Shown here in pieces: positions 29,696 through 40,371 of a DNA stretch of 64,000 bases (positions within the stretch are counted from its first letter, which is position 1; each line of letters starts with the position of its first letter). Source of the DNA: Opitutales bacterium. GTDB taxonomy: Bacteria; Verrucomicrobiota; Verrucomicrobiia; Opitutales; Intestinicryptomonadaceae. The stretch spans positions 6,572 through 70,571 of the forward strand of contig SUVP01000011.1 of assembly GCA_015061945.1 (NCBI GenBank). Reading direction: 5' to 3'. The notes under the pieces are model-generated. The model was not told where the DNA came from. It did no database searches and worked only from the letters and a program-made list of their open reading frames with translations. A program made the position numbers and the translations under genes.

Positions 29696-30922
29696 TTAGA
29701 AATGTGCTTCGACATCTTTTGCTGTTATCTTTACTTTTTTGCACGACTTTTTGTCGGGGAGTGCGTACATAATATCCAACATTATGTTTTCCATAATCGA
29801 ACGCAATGCACGAGCACCTGTGCCAAAATCAATCGCCTTTTGTGCAATAGCTTCAACGGCATCTTTAGTAAATTCAAGGTCGACACCATCGAGCGACAAC
29901 AACTTTGAATACTGGCGGATTAACGAGTTTTTCGTTTCCATAAGTATTCGCACTAAATCGTCTTTCGTCAACTGATTCAATGAACAGACAACTGGCAAAC
30001 GTCCGATAAATTCAGGGATAAAACCGAACGACACCAAATCTTCTGGCTGAATTTTTGAGCTATACGAAGTCTTTGCTTTATCCGTATCGCCCCCATATCC
30101 CAATAGTTTTGAATCGGAACGACGCTCAATAATTTTATCCAAACCTACAAACGCACCACCGCAAATAAATAGAATGTTGCGAGTATTTATTCTGATGTAT
30201 TCTTGGTCGGGATGTTTGCGTCCACCTTTTGGTGGAATATTGCAAACTGTACCTTCGAGAATTTTCAAAAGTGCCTGCTGAACGCCTTCACCACCGACAT
30301 CACGAGTGATTGAAACGTTCTCCATTTTGCGACAAATTTTGTCGATTTCGTCGATATAGATAATACCACATTCTGCTTTTGCGACATCAAAATCTGCCGC
30401 ACGCAAAAGATTTAAGACAATGTTTTCAACGTCTTCACCGACATATCCAGCTTCAGTAACATTTGTAGCATCGCCGATTGCAAACGGCACGTTGAGCATC
30501 TTTGCGAGAGTTCGAGCCAAATATGTTTTACCGCTACCTGTTGGACCTGCCAAAAGAATGTTGCTCTTTTCTATTTCCACATCCGAAAAATCGTTTTCGC
30601 CACCGTCTTGCTCATGGTCATTACCCAAAAGTTCTGCACGGATACGTTTGTAGTGGTTGTAAACTGCAACACTCAAAACTTTTTTTGCGTCGTCTTGCCC
30701 GACTACATATTTATCGAGTTCCGCCTTCATTTCAGAAGGCTTGCGAACGTTAAAATCTAAAGCACTTGCAAGATTATTGCGTTTGATTTTTGCGTTTCGC
30801 AACTCCATATAATTGTGGATTGCATCAACGCACAACGGACATATCGACGATCCGTCAGACGCTGGGATTAGTTCGCCAACCTCTTTTATCGATTTTCCGC
30901 AAAAGCTACATTTATCTTTCAT
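29696..30922 (-). CDS. clpX: ATP-dependent Clp protease ATP-binding subunit ClpX
   Basis: CSFCGK...CPLC zinc-binding domain, [47 protein letters not shown]. Confidence 0.97.
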   Translation of the reverse strand: MKDKCSFCGKSIKEVGELIPASDGSSICPLCVDAIHNYMELRNAKIKRNNLASALDFNVRKPSEMKAELDKYVVGQDDAKKVLSVAVYNHYKRIRAELLGNDHEQDGGENDFSDVEIEKSNILLAGPTGSGKTYLARTLAKMLNVPFAIGDATNVTEAGYVGEDVENIVLNLLRAADFDVAKAECGIIYIDEIDKICRKMENVSITRDVGGEGVQQALLKILEGTVCNIPPKGGRKHPDQEYIRINTRNILFICGGAFVGLDKIIERRSDSKLLGYGGDTDKAKTSYSSKIQPEDLVSFGFIPEFIGRLPVVCSLNQLTKDDLVRILMETKNSLIRQYSKLLSLDGVDLEFTKDAVEAIAQKAIDFGTGARALRSIMENIMLDIMYALPDKKSCKKVKITAKDVEAHF

Positions 30923-30928
30923 TGGCGA

Positions 30929-31525
30929 TTAAGCGTCTCGCTTGCTTTCGATTACCTTGTCGACAATGCCATATTCGAGTGCTTCTTGAGCAGTCATAAA
31001 GAAGTCTCTATCTGAATCTTTTTCGATTTGCTCAACGCTCTTGCCAGTGTCTTTCGACAAAATTTCGTTTATCTTTTTACGCCAACGCAAAATTTCGTTC
31101 GCAGCGATTGTGATATCACGTGCTTGCCCTGTCGCACCACCATACGGTTGATGAATCATAACACGTGAGTTCGGCAACGAGTAGCGTTTACCTTTTGTAC
31201 CAGCTGCCAAAAGAATTGTCGCTGCACTCGCAGCTTGACCAATACAATATGTGACAACATCGCAATGCAAAAATTTCATTGTGTCGTAAATCGCCATCGC
31301 CGCTGTGAGTGAACCGCCAGGGCTGTTTATATAAATATGAACATCCTTCTTTGCGTCTTCCATTTGAAGAAACAAAAGCTGTGCGATAACCGCATTAGCG
31401 ACACCATCTGTAATCGGAGTGCCAATAAACACGATTCTATCTTTGAGCAAGCGTGAGTAAACGTCCCACGAACGTTCTGTGCGTCCGTCGCGTTCAAAAA
31501 CTGTAGGTATATAGTATTCTCCCAT
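30929..31525 (-). CDS. clpP: Clp protease proteolytic subunit
   Basis: [25 protein letters not shown] (Ser), MIHQP (His), DSDRD (Asp). Confidence 0.97.
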   Translation of the reverse strand: MGEYYIPTVFERDGRTERSWDVYSRLLKDRIVFIGTPITDGVANAVIAQLLFLQMEDAKKDVHIYINSPGGSLTAAMAIYDTMKFLHCDVVTYCIGQAASAATILLAAGTKGKRYSLPNSRVMIHQPYGGATGQARDITIAANEILRWRKKINEILSKDTGKSVEQIEKDSDRDFFMTAQEALEYGIVDKVIESKRDA

Positions 31526-31556
31526 TGTGATTTTCTTTCTTAAATCTTTAAAATCG

Positions 31557-31595
31557 GCAAACGCGACTTTTTCATAAGAAAAAAATCGCGTTTGC
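31557..31595. terminator. Stem-loop between tig and clpP (terminator or mRNA-stabilising hairpin)
   Basis: gcaaacgcga...tcgcgtttgc 10-bp stem; no strong T tail on the minus strand. Confidence 0.45.
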
Positions 31596-31658
31596 TAAAT
31601 TTTTTTTCAAAACGAAAACGCTATTATATAAAACTGCGTTTTCATTTGTCTATTTCAA

Positions 31659-32966
31659 CTATGCTTTCTTTTCTACAACTTCGACCTTTTCAGCGATGAA
31701 GTTGATAGACTTTTGCAAGAGTGCATCCGAACGCAAGCGGTTTGCACGAGCACGATCCTTACGGATTTGCTTTACCAAGTCTTCTGGCTTTGTGCGTGTA
31801 CGCATTGCTTCTTGCCAGAGCATACGGCTCATATCTTCGTTATCGATTTTCAAGTCGTTAGCTTTAGCAACTCTATTCAAGAAAATACGCATTTTTGCTC
31901 TACCTTCAGCTTCTTTACCTGCACTGTCAAAGAGAGCTTCTTTGTTCTTTTCGATGTCTTCGCGTGATGCACCTTGCGACATAAAACGCATCATCATTTC
32001 TTCGAGAATTGATTGGCGTTCGTCTTCAACTGCACTTTCAGGGAGAGCAAAGTCGCATTTTTCCATAAGTTGTTCTACTGCGAATTGACGCTTGAGAACT
32101 TCGTTGTTCGACTTCTTTTCGCCTTCGATATTTGCCTTAACTTTTTCACGGAGCTTTTCGAGCGAGTCAACTTCAAAACTCTTGAAGAATTCTTCGTTGA
32201 GTTCTGGGAGTTCTTTTTCACGGATGTCGAAAATTTCTACTTCGTATTGAGCTGTTTTACCTGCGATTTTATCGTTCTTAACGTCCTTCGGGAACTCGTG
32301 CGAAACTATTTTCTTTTCGCCTTTCTTCATACCGATGATGCCTTGAACTACGCCTTGGATTCCTGGAGCTTCTTTATTGCCTGCTTCTTCCCAAGTTGAT
32401 TTTTGATCAGCATAAAGTGGCATTTCAGGTGCGAGTGCTTGTACCGATTCGCCATCGATTGTACCAGTGTATGCAAGACGGATAAAGTCGCCAGCTTTGA
32501 TTTCACGGTCTACTTCGTTATATTTTGCACGTTGGTTGCGGTAGAATTCGATTGCGTTATCGATTTCTTCTTCCTTAACGTCTGTTGCTTCGAGTTCTAC
32601 TTTTGTTGCAAGGCTCTTTGGAAGTTTTACTTCTGGATAAATATCAGCAGTGAAAACAAGGTTCATTTCGCCGTCTTTATCTTCTTTATTGAGGTCGACA
32701 ACTGCGTACACGTCGAACTCTTTGATGTTATTGAGTTCGTCGATAGCTTTGCTTGTGAGTGAGCGTTCAACTTGTTCTTTGATTGAATCAGCATAGAGCT
32801 TTGTCACCATATTTACAGGAGCTTTTCCAGGGCGGAAGCCTGCAATCTTTGCATTGCGGACAAAGTCTTTTACTACTTTTTCGTTTTCTTCTGCGATTTG
32901 TTTAGCGTCGAACGAAAATGTGATTTTCTTTCTTGTATCGTTGATATTTTCTATATTTGTCTTCAT
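31659..32966 (-). CDS. tig: Trigger factor
   Basis: Start reassigned to MKTNIENIN. Signature GFRPGKAP, FKBP-like middle domain, position upstream of clpP-clpX. Confidence 0.95.
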   Translation of the reverse strand: MKTNIENINDTRKKITFSFDAKQIAEENEKVVKDFVRNAKIAGFRPGKAPVNMVTKLYADSIKEQVERSLTSKAIDELNNIKEFDVYAVVDLNKEDKDGEMNLVFTADIYPEVKLPKSLATKVELEATDVKEEEIDNAIEFYRNQRAKYNEVDREIKAGDFIRLAYTGTIDGESVQALAPEMPLYADQKSTWEEAGNKEAPGIQGVVQGIIGMKKGEKKIVSHEFPKDVKNDKIAGKTAQYEVEIFDIREKELPELNEEFFKSFEVDSLEKLREKVKANIEGEKKSNNEVLKRQFAVEQLMEKCDFALPESAVEDERQSILEEMMMRFMSQGASREDIEKNKEALFDSAGKEAEGRAKMRIFLNRVAKANDLKIDNEDMSRMLWQEAMRTRTKPEDLVKQIRKDRARANRLRSDALLQKSINFIAEKVEVVEKKA

Positions 32967-33183
32967 AATTAAATTCTCTCTTTTCTCTGAAGTTTTAGTA
33001 CTTCGATTTTGAAAAAGTAAAACACATATGATGAAGTATAATATAAAAGCGTCAAGCAACAAAACTAACTCAACTAAAAAAAACCTAAATTTTTTGCAAA
33101 ATATAATTGAATGTTGACTCTTTTTTTTACCAATTTAGCTTAAATAGTTTATTTTTTTCAACAAAATCAGCAAATTTTTCACG

Positions 33184-34626
33184 ATGCAAACACAAGACAA
33201 ATTACCACCAGTATGGCTTTCTCTCATCCCTCTGACTATCTTAATAGCGTTGCTGGGATGCGTGATTGCCTCGTTTGGTTCCGACGCACTCTCGGGAGCA
33301 AGCCAAATTGCCCTACTCTTGTCGGCGTCGATAGCTGTTTGTATCGGGATAATCTTCGGCTACACAACTTGGGATGAATTTGAAAAAGCTGTCGTACAAA
33401 AAATTAGCGACGTCACCCAAGCTATCCTCATTTTGCTTTTGATTGGTGCAATCAGCGGAGCATGGATGGTCAGCGGAATTGTCCCTGCTTTGATTTATTA
33501 CGGAATGCAAATTCTCACTCCCGAAGCCTTCCTACCTTGTGCGTGTATAATCAGTGCGATTGTCTCGCTTATGACAGGTAGTTCATGGACAACCGTTGCA
33601 ACTATCGGTATTGCATTACTCGGGATTGGTCGAGCACTCGGATTTTCAGATTGTTGGATTGCCGGTGCAATTATATCTGGAGCATACTTTGGCGATAAGC
33701 TCTCACCCTTGAGCGACACTACCGTTTTGGCTTCATCGACAATCGGCACACCATTATTTACGCACATCAAATATATGCTGATTACGACCATTCCGACAAT
33801 GCTAATTACCCTCGCAATTTACGCGATTTACGGAATGACGTGCGATACAGCGACAGCACAAGATGTCGATTTATTTTCAAAAGGTTTAAAATCAACTTTT
33901 GATATTTCGCCATACTTAATGATAATCCCTATTGCGACAGCAATTATGATTGCAAAGAAGATGCCACCGCTAATGGTCTTGTTTTTGTCGACATTCGGAG
34001 CATCGATTTTCGCAGTAATTTTCCAACCTGAATTGCTCGATAAAATTGCTGGAGAATCAAATTGTGCATTTATGTCGAGATTCAAAGGAGCGATGATTTT
34101 AGTTTACGGAAGTACAAGTATAGAAACTGGCGTTGAAGCCCTCAATAAACTTGTTTCGACAAAAGGTATGGCTGGAATGATGAGTACAATTTGGCTGATT
34201 ATCTGTGCGATGATTTTCGGAGCGTCAATGGAAGCGACAAAGATGATAAAAAGTATCACCAACATCTTTTTGCGATTGGCACGTTCGACAGTATCGACAG
34301 TTGCGTCAACAGTCTGCGTTGGCTCATTTTTAAATACCGTATGCGGAGACCAATATTTGACAATTATTCTGACTGGTAATATCTTTAAAAATGTGTACCA
34401 AAAACAAGGGTTTGAGACTCGATTATTGAGTCGAACTGTAGAGGACTCGGCGACAGTAACATCAGTACTTGTCCCTTGGAACACTTGTGCAATGGCACAA
34501 TCAAGCGTATTAGGCGTTGCGACAATCGCATATATACCATATTGTTTTTTCAATTTGATAAGCCCCTTAATGTCAATTTTCATAGCATCAATCGGATTCA
34601 AAATATACCGAACAATAAAGAAATAA
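33184..34626 (+). CDS. nhaC: NhaC-family Na+/H+ antiporter / transporter
   Basis: Polytopic membrane protein with TGSSWTT, GAYFGDKLSPLSDTT, LSRTVEDSATV, PWNTC. Confidence 0.9.
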   Translation: MQTQDKLPPVWLSLIPLTILIALLGCVIASFGSDALSGASQIALLLSASIAVCIGIIFGYTTWDEFEKAVVQKISDVTQAILILLLIGAISGAWMVSGIVPALIYYGMQILTPEAFLPCACIISAIVSLMTGSSWTTVATIGIALLGIGRALGFSDCWIAGAIISGAYFGDKLSPLSDTTVLASSTIGTPLFTHIKYMLITTIPTMLITLAIYAIYGMTCDTATAQDVDLFSKGLKSTFDISPYLMIIPIATAIMIAKKMPPLMVLFLSTFGASIFAVIFQPELLDKIAGESNCAFMSRFKGAMILVYGSTSIETGVEALNKLVSTKGMAGMMSTIWLIICAMIFGASMEATKMIKSITNIFLRLARSTVSTVASTVCVGSFLNTVCGDQYLTIILTGNIFKNVYQKQGFETRLLSRTVEDSATVTSVLVPWNTCAMAQSSVLGVATIAYIPYCFFNLISPLMSIFIASIGFKIYRTIKK

Positions 34627-34632
34627 TTGCAC

Positions 34633-34664
34633 AAAAAAAACGTCCGATTTTCGGACGTTTTTTT
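34633..34664. terminator. Bidirectional intrinsic terminator
   Basis: aaaaaaaacgtccga-ttt-tcggacgttttttt. Confidence 0.85.
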
Positions 34665-34679
34665 GTCGTAAAACATTGC

Positions 34680-35933
34680 TTATTTTCTTCTGCGATAAAC
34701 AGCAAATCCTAAAGCGATACAACCAAAAATCATCGCCCACTCTGCTGGTTCTGGAACAGCAACAAGAACAGATGAGGCAATATTATTAACATCTGTTAAT
34801 GTAGCAGAAATAAGATTACCGTCTTCGTCTTGATATTTAATCAAACCCGACAATGTTTCCAATGCATTATCGCTTTCTACTCCCGACAAAACAACCGATG
34901 CATTTTCACCGAAACCAAAAATTTCAGAAATGTCAACGTTTGCACTATCAACGATAATGTCGATATCTTGAGAAATTGAAAGCGTTGTGTTATCAGCAAT
35001 ATTCATTTTTGCACCATTGAGCAAAACAAGAGAACCATCTTTTAAATCAGAAGATATATCAAGTATTGCTTCGCCACCATTGATAGTGAGAATATCGCCT
35101 TCTTCTTCAAGCATCAAGCCCTTATTGACATCTTCAACAGCAAAACTTGGTTCAACGCTACTCCATGTCATAGTACCTGCACTATAAATAGTGCCGTCTG
35201 CCAACAACATATTCTTTGCAACACTCTTTACACCGCCATTGCCAGTGTTTACAGTAAGGTGTTTTCCTGGGTCAAAATCAACACCATTAATTTTCATACC
35301 ACGGCAGTCAATATCCATTACATTTGCTTCATAGGTATTATCGCCCGAAAGAACAACTAAATATGGATTAGCAGATTTTGCAGTAATGTTGGCATTACGC
35401 ATATCTACACTTGTCATTTTCGTGCCAGAAATCCAAAAGATAGACGACCAACTTTTAGTAGAATTAGATGCAATATTTGCATTCTTAAAACTTACATTAT
35501 TCCATGTTGCACCATATGTAATAGATAACATCTGATTAGAACTTGTGATAGAAGCTCCACTAAAATCTACATTATTTAAGTGAACAAAATCATACGATAT
35601 AGCATAATTCTTGCTGGTACCAGCCCACAACCAAAAATTTGCACCCGAATTTATTTTTGCACCAGCAAAAGATACATCTTTTAATGTATTGTATTTTGAA
35701 CCAGTATTCGGATCTTCATTAGAAATAGTGATTATTCCATTTATTGTAGCACCAGAAAAATCTGCCCCTACAACTTTACTACCACCTTTAACCTCAAATG
35801 CAGACAAAGTCGCATCTTTGTATGTAGAAGATAAGTTATCATATGTTTTGCCATCGGTAAACGACAATGATTGTGCCGTTGCCGAAATAGCAAATATTGT
35901 TAATAATGATGATGTCGTTATTATTTTTTTCAT
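34680..35933 (-). CDS. PEP-CTERM surface protein with pentapeptide-like repeats
   Basis: Signal peptide. Repeats ADFSGATI, VSFAGAKI, VDFSGASI, VSFKNANI, VDMRNANI. C-terminal VPEPAEWAMIFGCIALGFAVYRRRK. Confidence 0.9.
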   Translation of the reverse strand: MKKIITTSSLLTIFAISATAQSLSFTDGKTYDNLSSTYKDATLSAFEVKGGSKVVGADFSGATINGIITISNEDPNTGSKYNTLKDVSFAGAKINSGANFWLWAGTSKNYAISYDFVHLNNVDFSGASITSSNQMLSITYGATWNNVSFKNANIASNSTKSWSSIFWISGTKMTSVDMRNANITAKSANPYLVVLSGDNTYEANVMDIDCRGMKINGVDFDPGKHLTVNTGNGGVKSVAKNMLLADGTIYSAGTMTWSSVEPSFAVEDVNKGLMLEEEGDILTINGGEAILDISSDLKDGSLVLLNGAKMNIADNTTLSISQDIDIIVDSANVDISEIFGFGENASVVLSGVESDNALETLSGLIKYQDEDGNLISATLTDVNNIASSVLVAVPEPAEWAMIFGCIALGFAVYRRRK

Positions 35934-36009
35934 TTATATACGTTCTTAAAAAATTAAAGCCATATATAAATGAAGCGATTCCTGCATTTGTCAAATAAAT
36001 AAACTACAA

Positions 36010-37068
36010 TTATCCAAGATTGATAATCTGTTTATCGAACGAGAAAATTACAGGTTTACCCCATACCGCATCAGCCCTGACCTTCTCAAATTCAGGATTT
36101 GTTAAGATTTCAATTCCGTGGTGGACGAACATAATATCGTCAACAGCGTTTGGATATTTTTGTTTAATTCTTTGGCAAAGGAGTTCTGCTTTATGATGCC
36201 CTGTTTCAATCATTAGAATATCAATGTTGCCGTCTTTGAAGAATGGTGCGAGATCGTCTTCATTTTTGATATCGCCCGAGAATACTATCGTTTTGTTTAT
36301 CGACGGAATTTTTATTCTGTATGAGAACGATTGGCACTTACCAGCTTTTGTAGGCTTCATGTGGCGATTTTCGATTGCGTCGACTATGATATCATCATCA
36401 CGGAAAACTTCGCCTTGTTTGACGAGGTTTGTGGTCAAGCCTGTTGGATTACTTTCTCGCCATATCATTTTTGTGGCAGAATCAGCCAACAATTTTGTCG
36501 GGGTATGCAGAGTGAGTTTAAATTGTTTTTTGTTTTTAAGTTTATACACCCAGTAGTATTTTTTGATTGCTGAAAATAACGCTGGAAGCCCGCAACAGTG
36601 GTCTCCGTGTGGGTGCGATATAAATATATTTGTCGATTTTGTAATATCCAAATCCATCAAGCCGGCAGTCCACGAGCAATACTCACCAGCGTCGAACCAA
36701 ATCAATTCGCCAGTTGGTTTTTCGAGAATCCACGATGTATGATTGTGGTCGTGCCAAGGTTCAGTTCCTGCAGCAGTGCCGAGCATACGGATTTTCCATT
36801 TGCCGTCGCCTTGTTGGCTTATTTTGCGAGATTCAATCGCACGATTTTCGTTGAGATATTGTTTCCAAATTTCATCACGCAATGCAGTTGCTTGTTCGAT
36901 TGACATTGCGAGAGCGTCGGCTTTTGTGCCGTGAAAATTTGGTTTAAGGATAAATTTTTGGACGTGCTTTTTAGGAGCATTATCTGCCGAACATCCAGCC
37001 GAGCAAACGCTGATTGTAAAGAGTGCTCCAACGTTTTTTATAAATTTTCTTCTGCTTGAATTTTTCAT
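36010..37068 (-). CDS. Tat-exported MBL-fold metallo-hydrolase (RNase Z / AtsA-like)
   Basis: SRRKFIK twin-Arg signal, LGTAAG, FDAGE, HPHGDH, FSGDIK, ETGHH, FVHHG. Confidence 0.85.
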   Translation of the reverse strand: MKNSSRRKFIKNVGALFTISVCSAGCSADNAPKKHVQKFILKPNFHGTKADALAMSIEQATALRDEIWKQYLNENRAIESRKISQQGDGKWKIRMLGTAAGTEPWHDHNHTSWILEKPTGELIWFDAGEYCSWTAGLMDLDITKSTNIFISHPHGDHCCGLPALFSAIKKYYWVYKLKNKKQFKLTLHTPTKLLADSATKMIWRESNPTGLTTNLVKQGEVFRDDDIIVDAIENRHMKPTKAGKCQSFSYRIKIPSINKTIVFSGDIKNEDDLAPFFKDGNIDILMIETGHHKAELLCQRIKQKYPNAVDDIMFVHHGIEILTNPEFEKVRADAVWGKPVIFSFDKQIINLG

Positions 37069-37073
37069 AATTT

Positions 37074-38117
37074 TTATAATTCTATTGTTTGTTTATCTTG
37101 TGCAAAAATTATCGGTTTACCCCATACTGCTTCGGCTCTGGCTCTTTCAAAATCCATATTTAAAGCTACACGTGCACCATGGTGCAAAAACAAAATATCT
37201 TTTACTGCATTTGGATATTTTTCTTTCAGTTTTATGCAGTGATTTTCTGGTAAGTGATGTCCAGTTTCGAGCATAATAAGATCGCAATTTCCGTCTTTTA
37301 GGAACGCATCCATATCTTCAAGACTTTTGATATCACCTGAAAATATAATCGTTTTGTGCGGAGCAGAAAGAAGTTTTATGCGGAACGAGTACGAAAGAAA
37401 TTTGCCTTGTGGAGTCGGCTTCATGTGATAATTTCCGAGTGCCTCAATAACGACATCGTCATCGCGATAAATCTCACCATTTTTTAATCCAACAAAGTTT
37501 ATACCCAAGTTAATTTTTCCGCCAAAATAAATTTCGCTAGCACGAATCATTCTATTATCGAAAGCATATACAGTGAAGCCGTCAGGCACAAACTTTCGTT
37601 TTTTTGAATCAGCTAATCGCAAGTGATTATAAAAAGAAACAATCAAACCAGTGAAACCACCGATATGGTCGAGGTGCGGATGCGATATAAAAAGATTTTT
37701 CGTTTGCGTGATATCCAGATTCATATTCGATGCAGTCCACGAACAATACTCGCCTGCATCAAACCAAAGGAGTTCTCCGCTCGGTTTTTCGAGAATCCAC
37801 GATGTATGATTATGGTTTGGATTCGGCTCAGAACCACACCATGTGCCGAGCATATGGATACGCCATTTACCACAACCTTGTTTACTTAACTGGCGTTTGT
37901 AATCGCTCATACGCTTTACTAATAAGTCGGCATATTGCTTACGTCTGACAAGTCGTGCCTCTTCATAAGTTAAAGCGACTGCTTCCTCCTGCTCTTTTGC
38001 CGATAATTTTGCGACCTTCCATGCTCCACGAAGTGAATTTGCCGATATTCCGACAGCAAGCATTGCCCCTGTACGCATTAAAAATTCACGTCTTGTTTGA
38101 GATATTCCCTTTTTCAT
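37074..38117 (-). CDS. Tat-exported MBL-fold metallo-hydrolase, tandem paralogue
   Basis: Start reassigned to MKKGISQTRREFL (twin-Arg). HPHLDH, FSGDIK, ETGHH, FLHHG; collinear with 36010..37068. Confidence 0.85.
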   Translation of the reverse strand: MKKGISQTRREFLMRTGAMLAVGISANSLRGAWKVAKLSAKEQEEAVALTYEEARLVRRKQYADLLVKRMSDYKRQLSKQGCGKWRIHMLGTWCGSEPNPNHNHTSWILEKPSGELLWFDAGEYCSWTASNMNLDITQTKNLFISHPHLDHIGGFTGLIVSFYNHLRLADSKKRKFVPDGFTVYAFDNRMIRASEIYFGGKINLGINFVGLKNGEIYRDDDVVIEALGNYHMKPTPQGKFLSYSFRIKLLSAPHKTIIFSGDIKSLEDMDAFLKDGNCDLIMLETGHHLPENHCIKLKEKYPNAVKDILFLHHGARVALNMDFERARAEAVWGKPIIFAQDKQTIEL

Positions 38118-38295
38118 ATAACTAAATATTTCTTTTAAGAGTAATAAAATTAGAAAAAAGAAAAAAGTCGAGAATATAAAAGAGTGTATCAATTAGAATA
38201 ATACGAAATGAAGAAAAAAAATTTAAAAAAAGTTAAAAAAAAGACTTGCCAAGTTGTAAAAAATAAACATCGTATTGGTCTTTATTAAAAAACTT

Positions 38296-38369
<74 letters not shown>

Positions 38370-38387
38370 TTTTTTATTTCCATTTTT

Positions 38388-38417
38388 AAGACAATCGCAA
38401 GCCGATTGTCTTTTTTT
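38388..38417 (+). terminator. Intrinsic terminator after the tRNA
   Basis: aagacaatcg-caagc-cgattgtctt followed by a T run. Confidence 0.85.
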
Positions 38418-38589
38418 GTGCGTACAGATTGCGATAAGAAGATGATTTTTTAAGGTAAGAGAAAATTTGGTTAAAGGGATAAGCAAAGAAAAGGCTATTT
38501 TTCCTTATTTTGGCAAATAAAAATGTTTTAATATTAGGGTCTTATTGCTCTTGACTTTTCTTTGTATTCTGACATTTATATTTATCATT

Positions 38590-40293
38590 ATGAAAAAGAA
38601 ATTATCGTTTTTAACAATTATATGCACGCTTGCGACAGCTTCTGCATTCGCTACGGCTACAGATTTAGTCGGTTCTCCTAGTGTTTCACCCAGAAAACCA
38701 TTCACTGATGCCGGAACAACAGGATTAGATTTGAATCTTGTTCCACCTGAAAATACTGCAACAGGTACAACTTTGTATTATATCGGTACGGCTGTAAATG
38801 TATCAAAAATTACAACAACCGAAGGCTATAAATACAATATCGCTAACGGCTTTACGCTCGATACAAACACCGCTGGTTCAGCAGTAGGTATTCAAGATAA
38901 TTCGACATCATTAACTTTCGCGAATCCAACAACCACTGCATCACCCACTGGTGCTCTTACTGTAAAGAATTCTGCTGGTAATTATGAAACGATAATAAAT
39001 TCTAATAAGTTAGTTATTGCTCAAACTAATCCAGTAGGTACCCGTACGAATGCAGTTCAAGTCCATACAGATCTCACTGTAAACGCAAAAGATTTTCAAG
39101 TAACATGCAATATTGACCCTCAAAAAGCTGTTACATTTGTAGAAGTTCAAGGCAGTAGAGTTCTAAAAATTAAAGGTGGAACTTTTACGTTAGGTGCTAA
39201 CGCTCTAATGAAAGGCTTTCTAGCTTCAACAATAGATTTACAATCGGTTTCGACAATAAGTGGCACAATCAATTTAAATGGTTATCTCAAAATAAATGAG
39301 AATACAACTGTTGAAAATGGTGGAACAGTGCTTTTCAGATCAGCATCAAATTCAAAAAACGAAACTGGTATTCTATTTGGCGAAGGAAAAACTATTACGT
39401 TTAACTCGGGTAGCTCACTTGTTTTAGGTGGAAATTCCAGTGCTGCGAACGATAAGTCTCATACACAAACATTCACAAACAAAAACGTTGTTTTTAATGG
39501 TGGTAATCTCCAGGTTCAAGGTGGTTGGGACCTCAATTACGATGCACCTGAAGGAACAGATGTATCAAAAACAAATATCAATTTGGGTTCGCTCACACTC
39601 GGTGGTTTGAATACATCTAGCGTGATGACATCAGGCGCAATGAAGGTTGGCAAATACAACAGAGTACAAGCAAAGAATGTTGTAATTAACCAAGACTCAT
39701 TCTACGAAGGCTATGGTGCTATCGACGTGAAAGACGGTGGTTCAATCACATTAGAAGAAGGATCTGGTATTCTCCTCCAAGACATCGATACAGGCGTCTC
39801 TAACCGTGGTCGCATCATCTTGCGTAGCAATAGCACAGTTAATATCAATGGCGTTTCAAGCCTCTCAAGAATCGATGCAAATGGAAATACAAAGAACGGC
39901 GTTTTGTTGGCAATCACTGGTGCTACAACATTCAATGTTAATGCTGATGTATCGTTTGGAACGATAGCAAACTCATCTGCATCGACAATGACAATCAACC
40001 TCCTCAACGATTTGGCTACGTTTAAAATCGCTGATATGGAAAGCACTTTAAACGAAAACGCACGCATTGTTGTGAACAACTTCCAAAACGATAGAGTCTA
40101 TTTTGGTGGTGATACGATACAAAACTACCTCGATAGATTTGTATTGCAAGACGCTAATGGCAACCTCTTGAATGGTGCAATATCAATCAACAATGGTTGG
40201 CTCACATTGACAGCAGTTCCAGAACCAGCTGAATGGGCAATGATATTCGGTGCAATCGCTCTCGGATTGGCAGTATATCGTCGCAGAAAGTAA
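38590..40293 (+). CDS. PEP-CTERM surface protein, Thr/Asn/Gly-rich, probably beta-helical
   Basis: Start reassigned to MKKKLSFL (signal peptide). C-terminal VPEPAEWAMIFGAIALGLAVYRRRK. Confidence 0.9.
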   Translation: MKKKLSFLTIICTLATASAFATATDLVGSPSVSPRKPFTDAGTTGLDLNLVPPENTATGTTLYYIGTAVNVSKITTTEGYKYNIANGFTLDTNTAGSAVGIQDNSTSLTFANPTTTASPTGALTVKNSAGNYETIINSNKLVIAQTNPVGTRTNAVQVHTDLTVNAKDFQVTCNIDPQKAVTFVEVQGSRVLKIKGGTFTLGANALMKGFLASTIDLQSVSTISGTINLNGYLKINENTTVENGGTVLFRSASNSKNETGILFGEGKTITFNSGSSLVLGGNSSAANDKSHTQTFTNKNVVFNGGNLQVQGGWDLNYDAPEGTDVSKTNINLGSLTLGGLNTSSVMTSGAMKVGKYNRVQAKNVVINQDSFYEGYGAIDVKDGGSITLEEGSGILLQDIDTGVSNRGRIILRSNSTVNINGVSSLSRIDANGNTKNGVLLAITGATTFNVNADVSFGTIANSSASTMTINLLNDLATFKIADMESTLNENARIVVNNFQNDRVYFGGDTIQNYLDRFVLQDANGNLLNGAISINNGWLTLTAVPEPAEWAMIFGAIALGLAVYRRRK

Positions 40294-40309
40294 TATTTAC
40301 TATTTATAT

Positions 40310-40346
40310 AAGACCTTCTTTTTACACAAGAGAAGGTCTTTTTTTT
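40310..40346 (+). terminator. Intrinsic terminator
   Basis: aagaccttct...agaaggtctt followed by a T run. Confidence 0.8.
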
Positions 40347-40371
40347 ATCAAATATAATGGGATATAAAAGG

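Noticed and set aside
32967-33062. Hydrophobic N-terminal extension of trigger factor
   Set aside because: It is AT-rich intergenic sequence; the canonical tig N-terminus begins at MKTNIENIN
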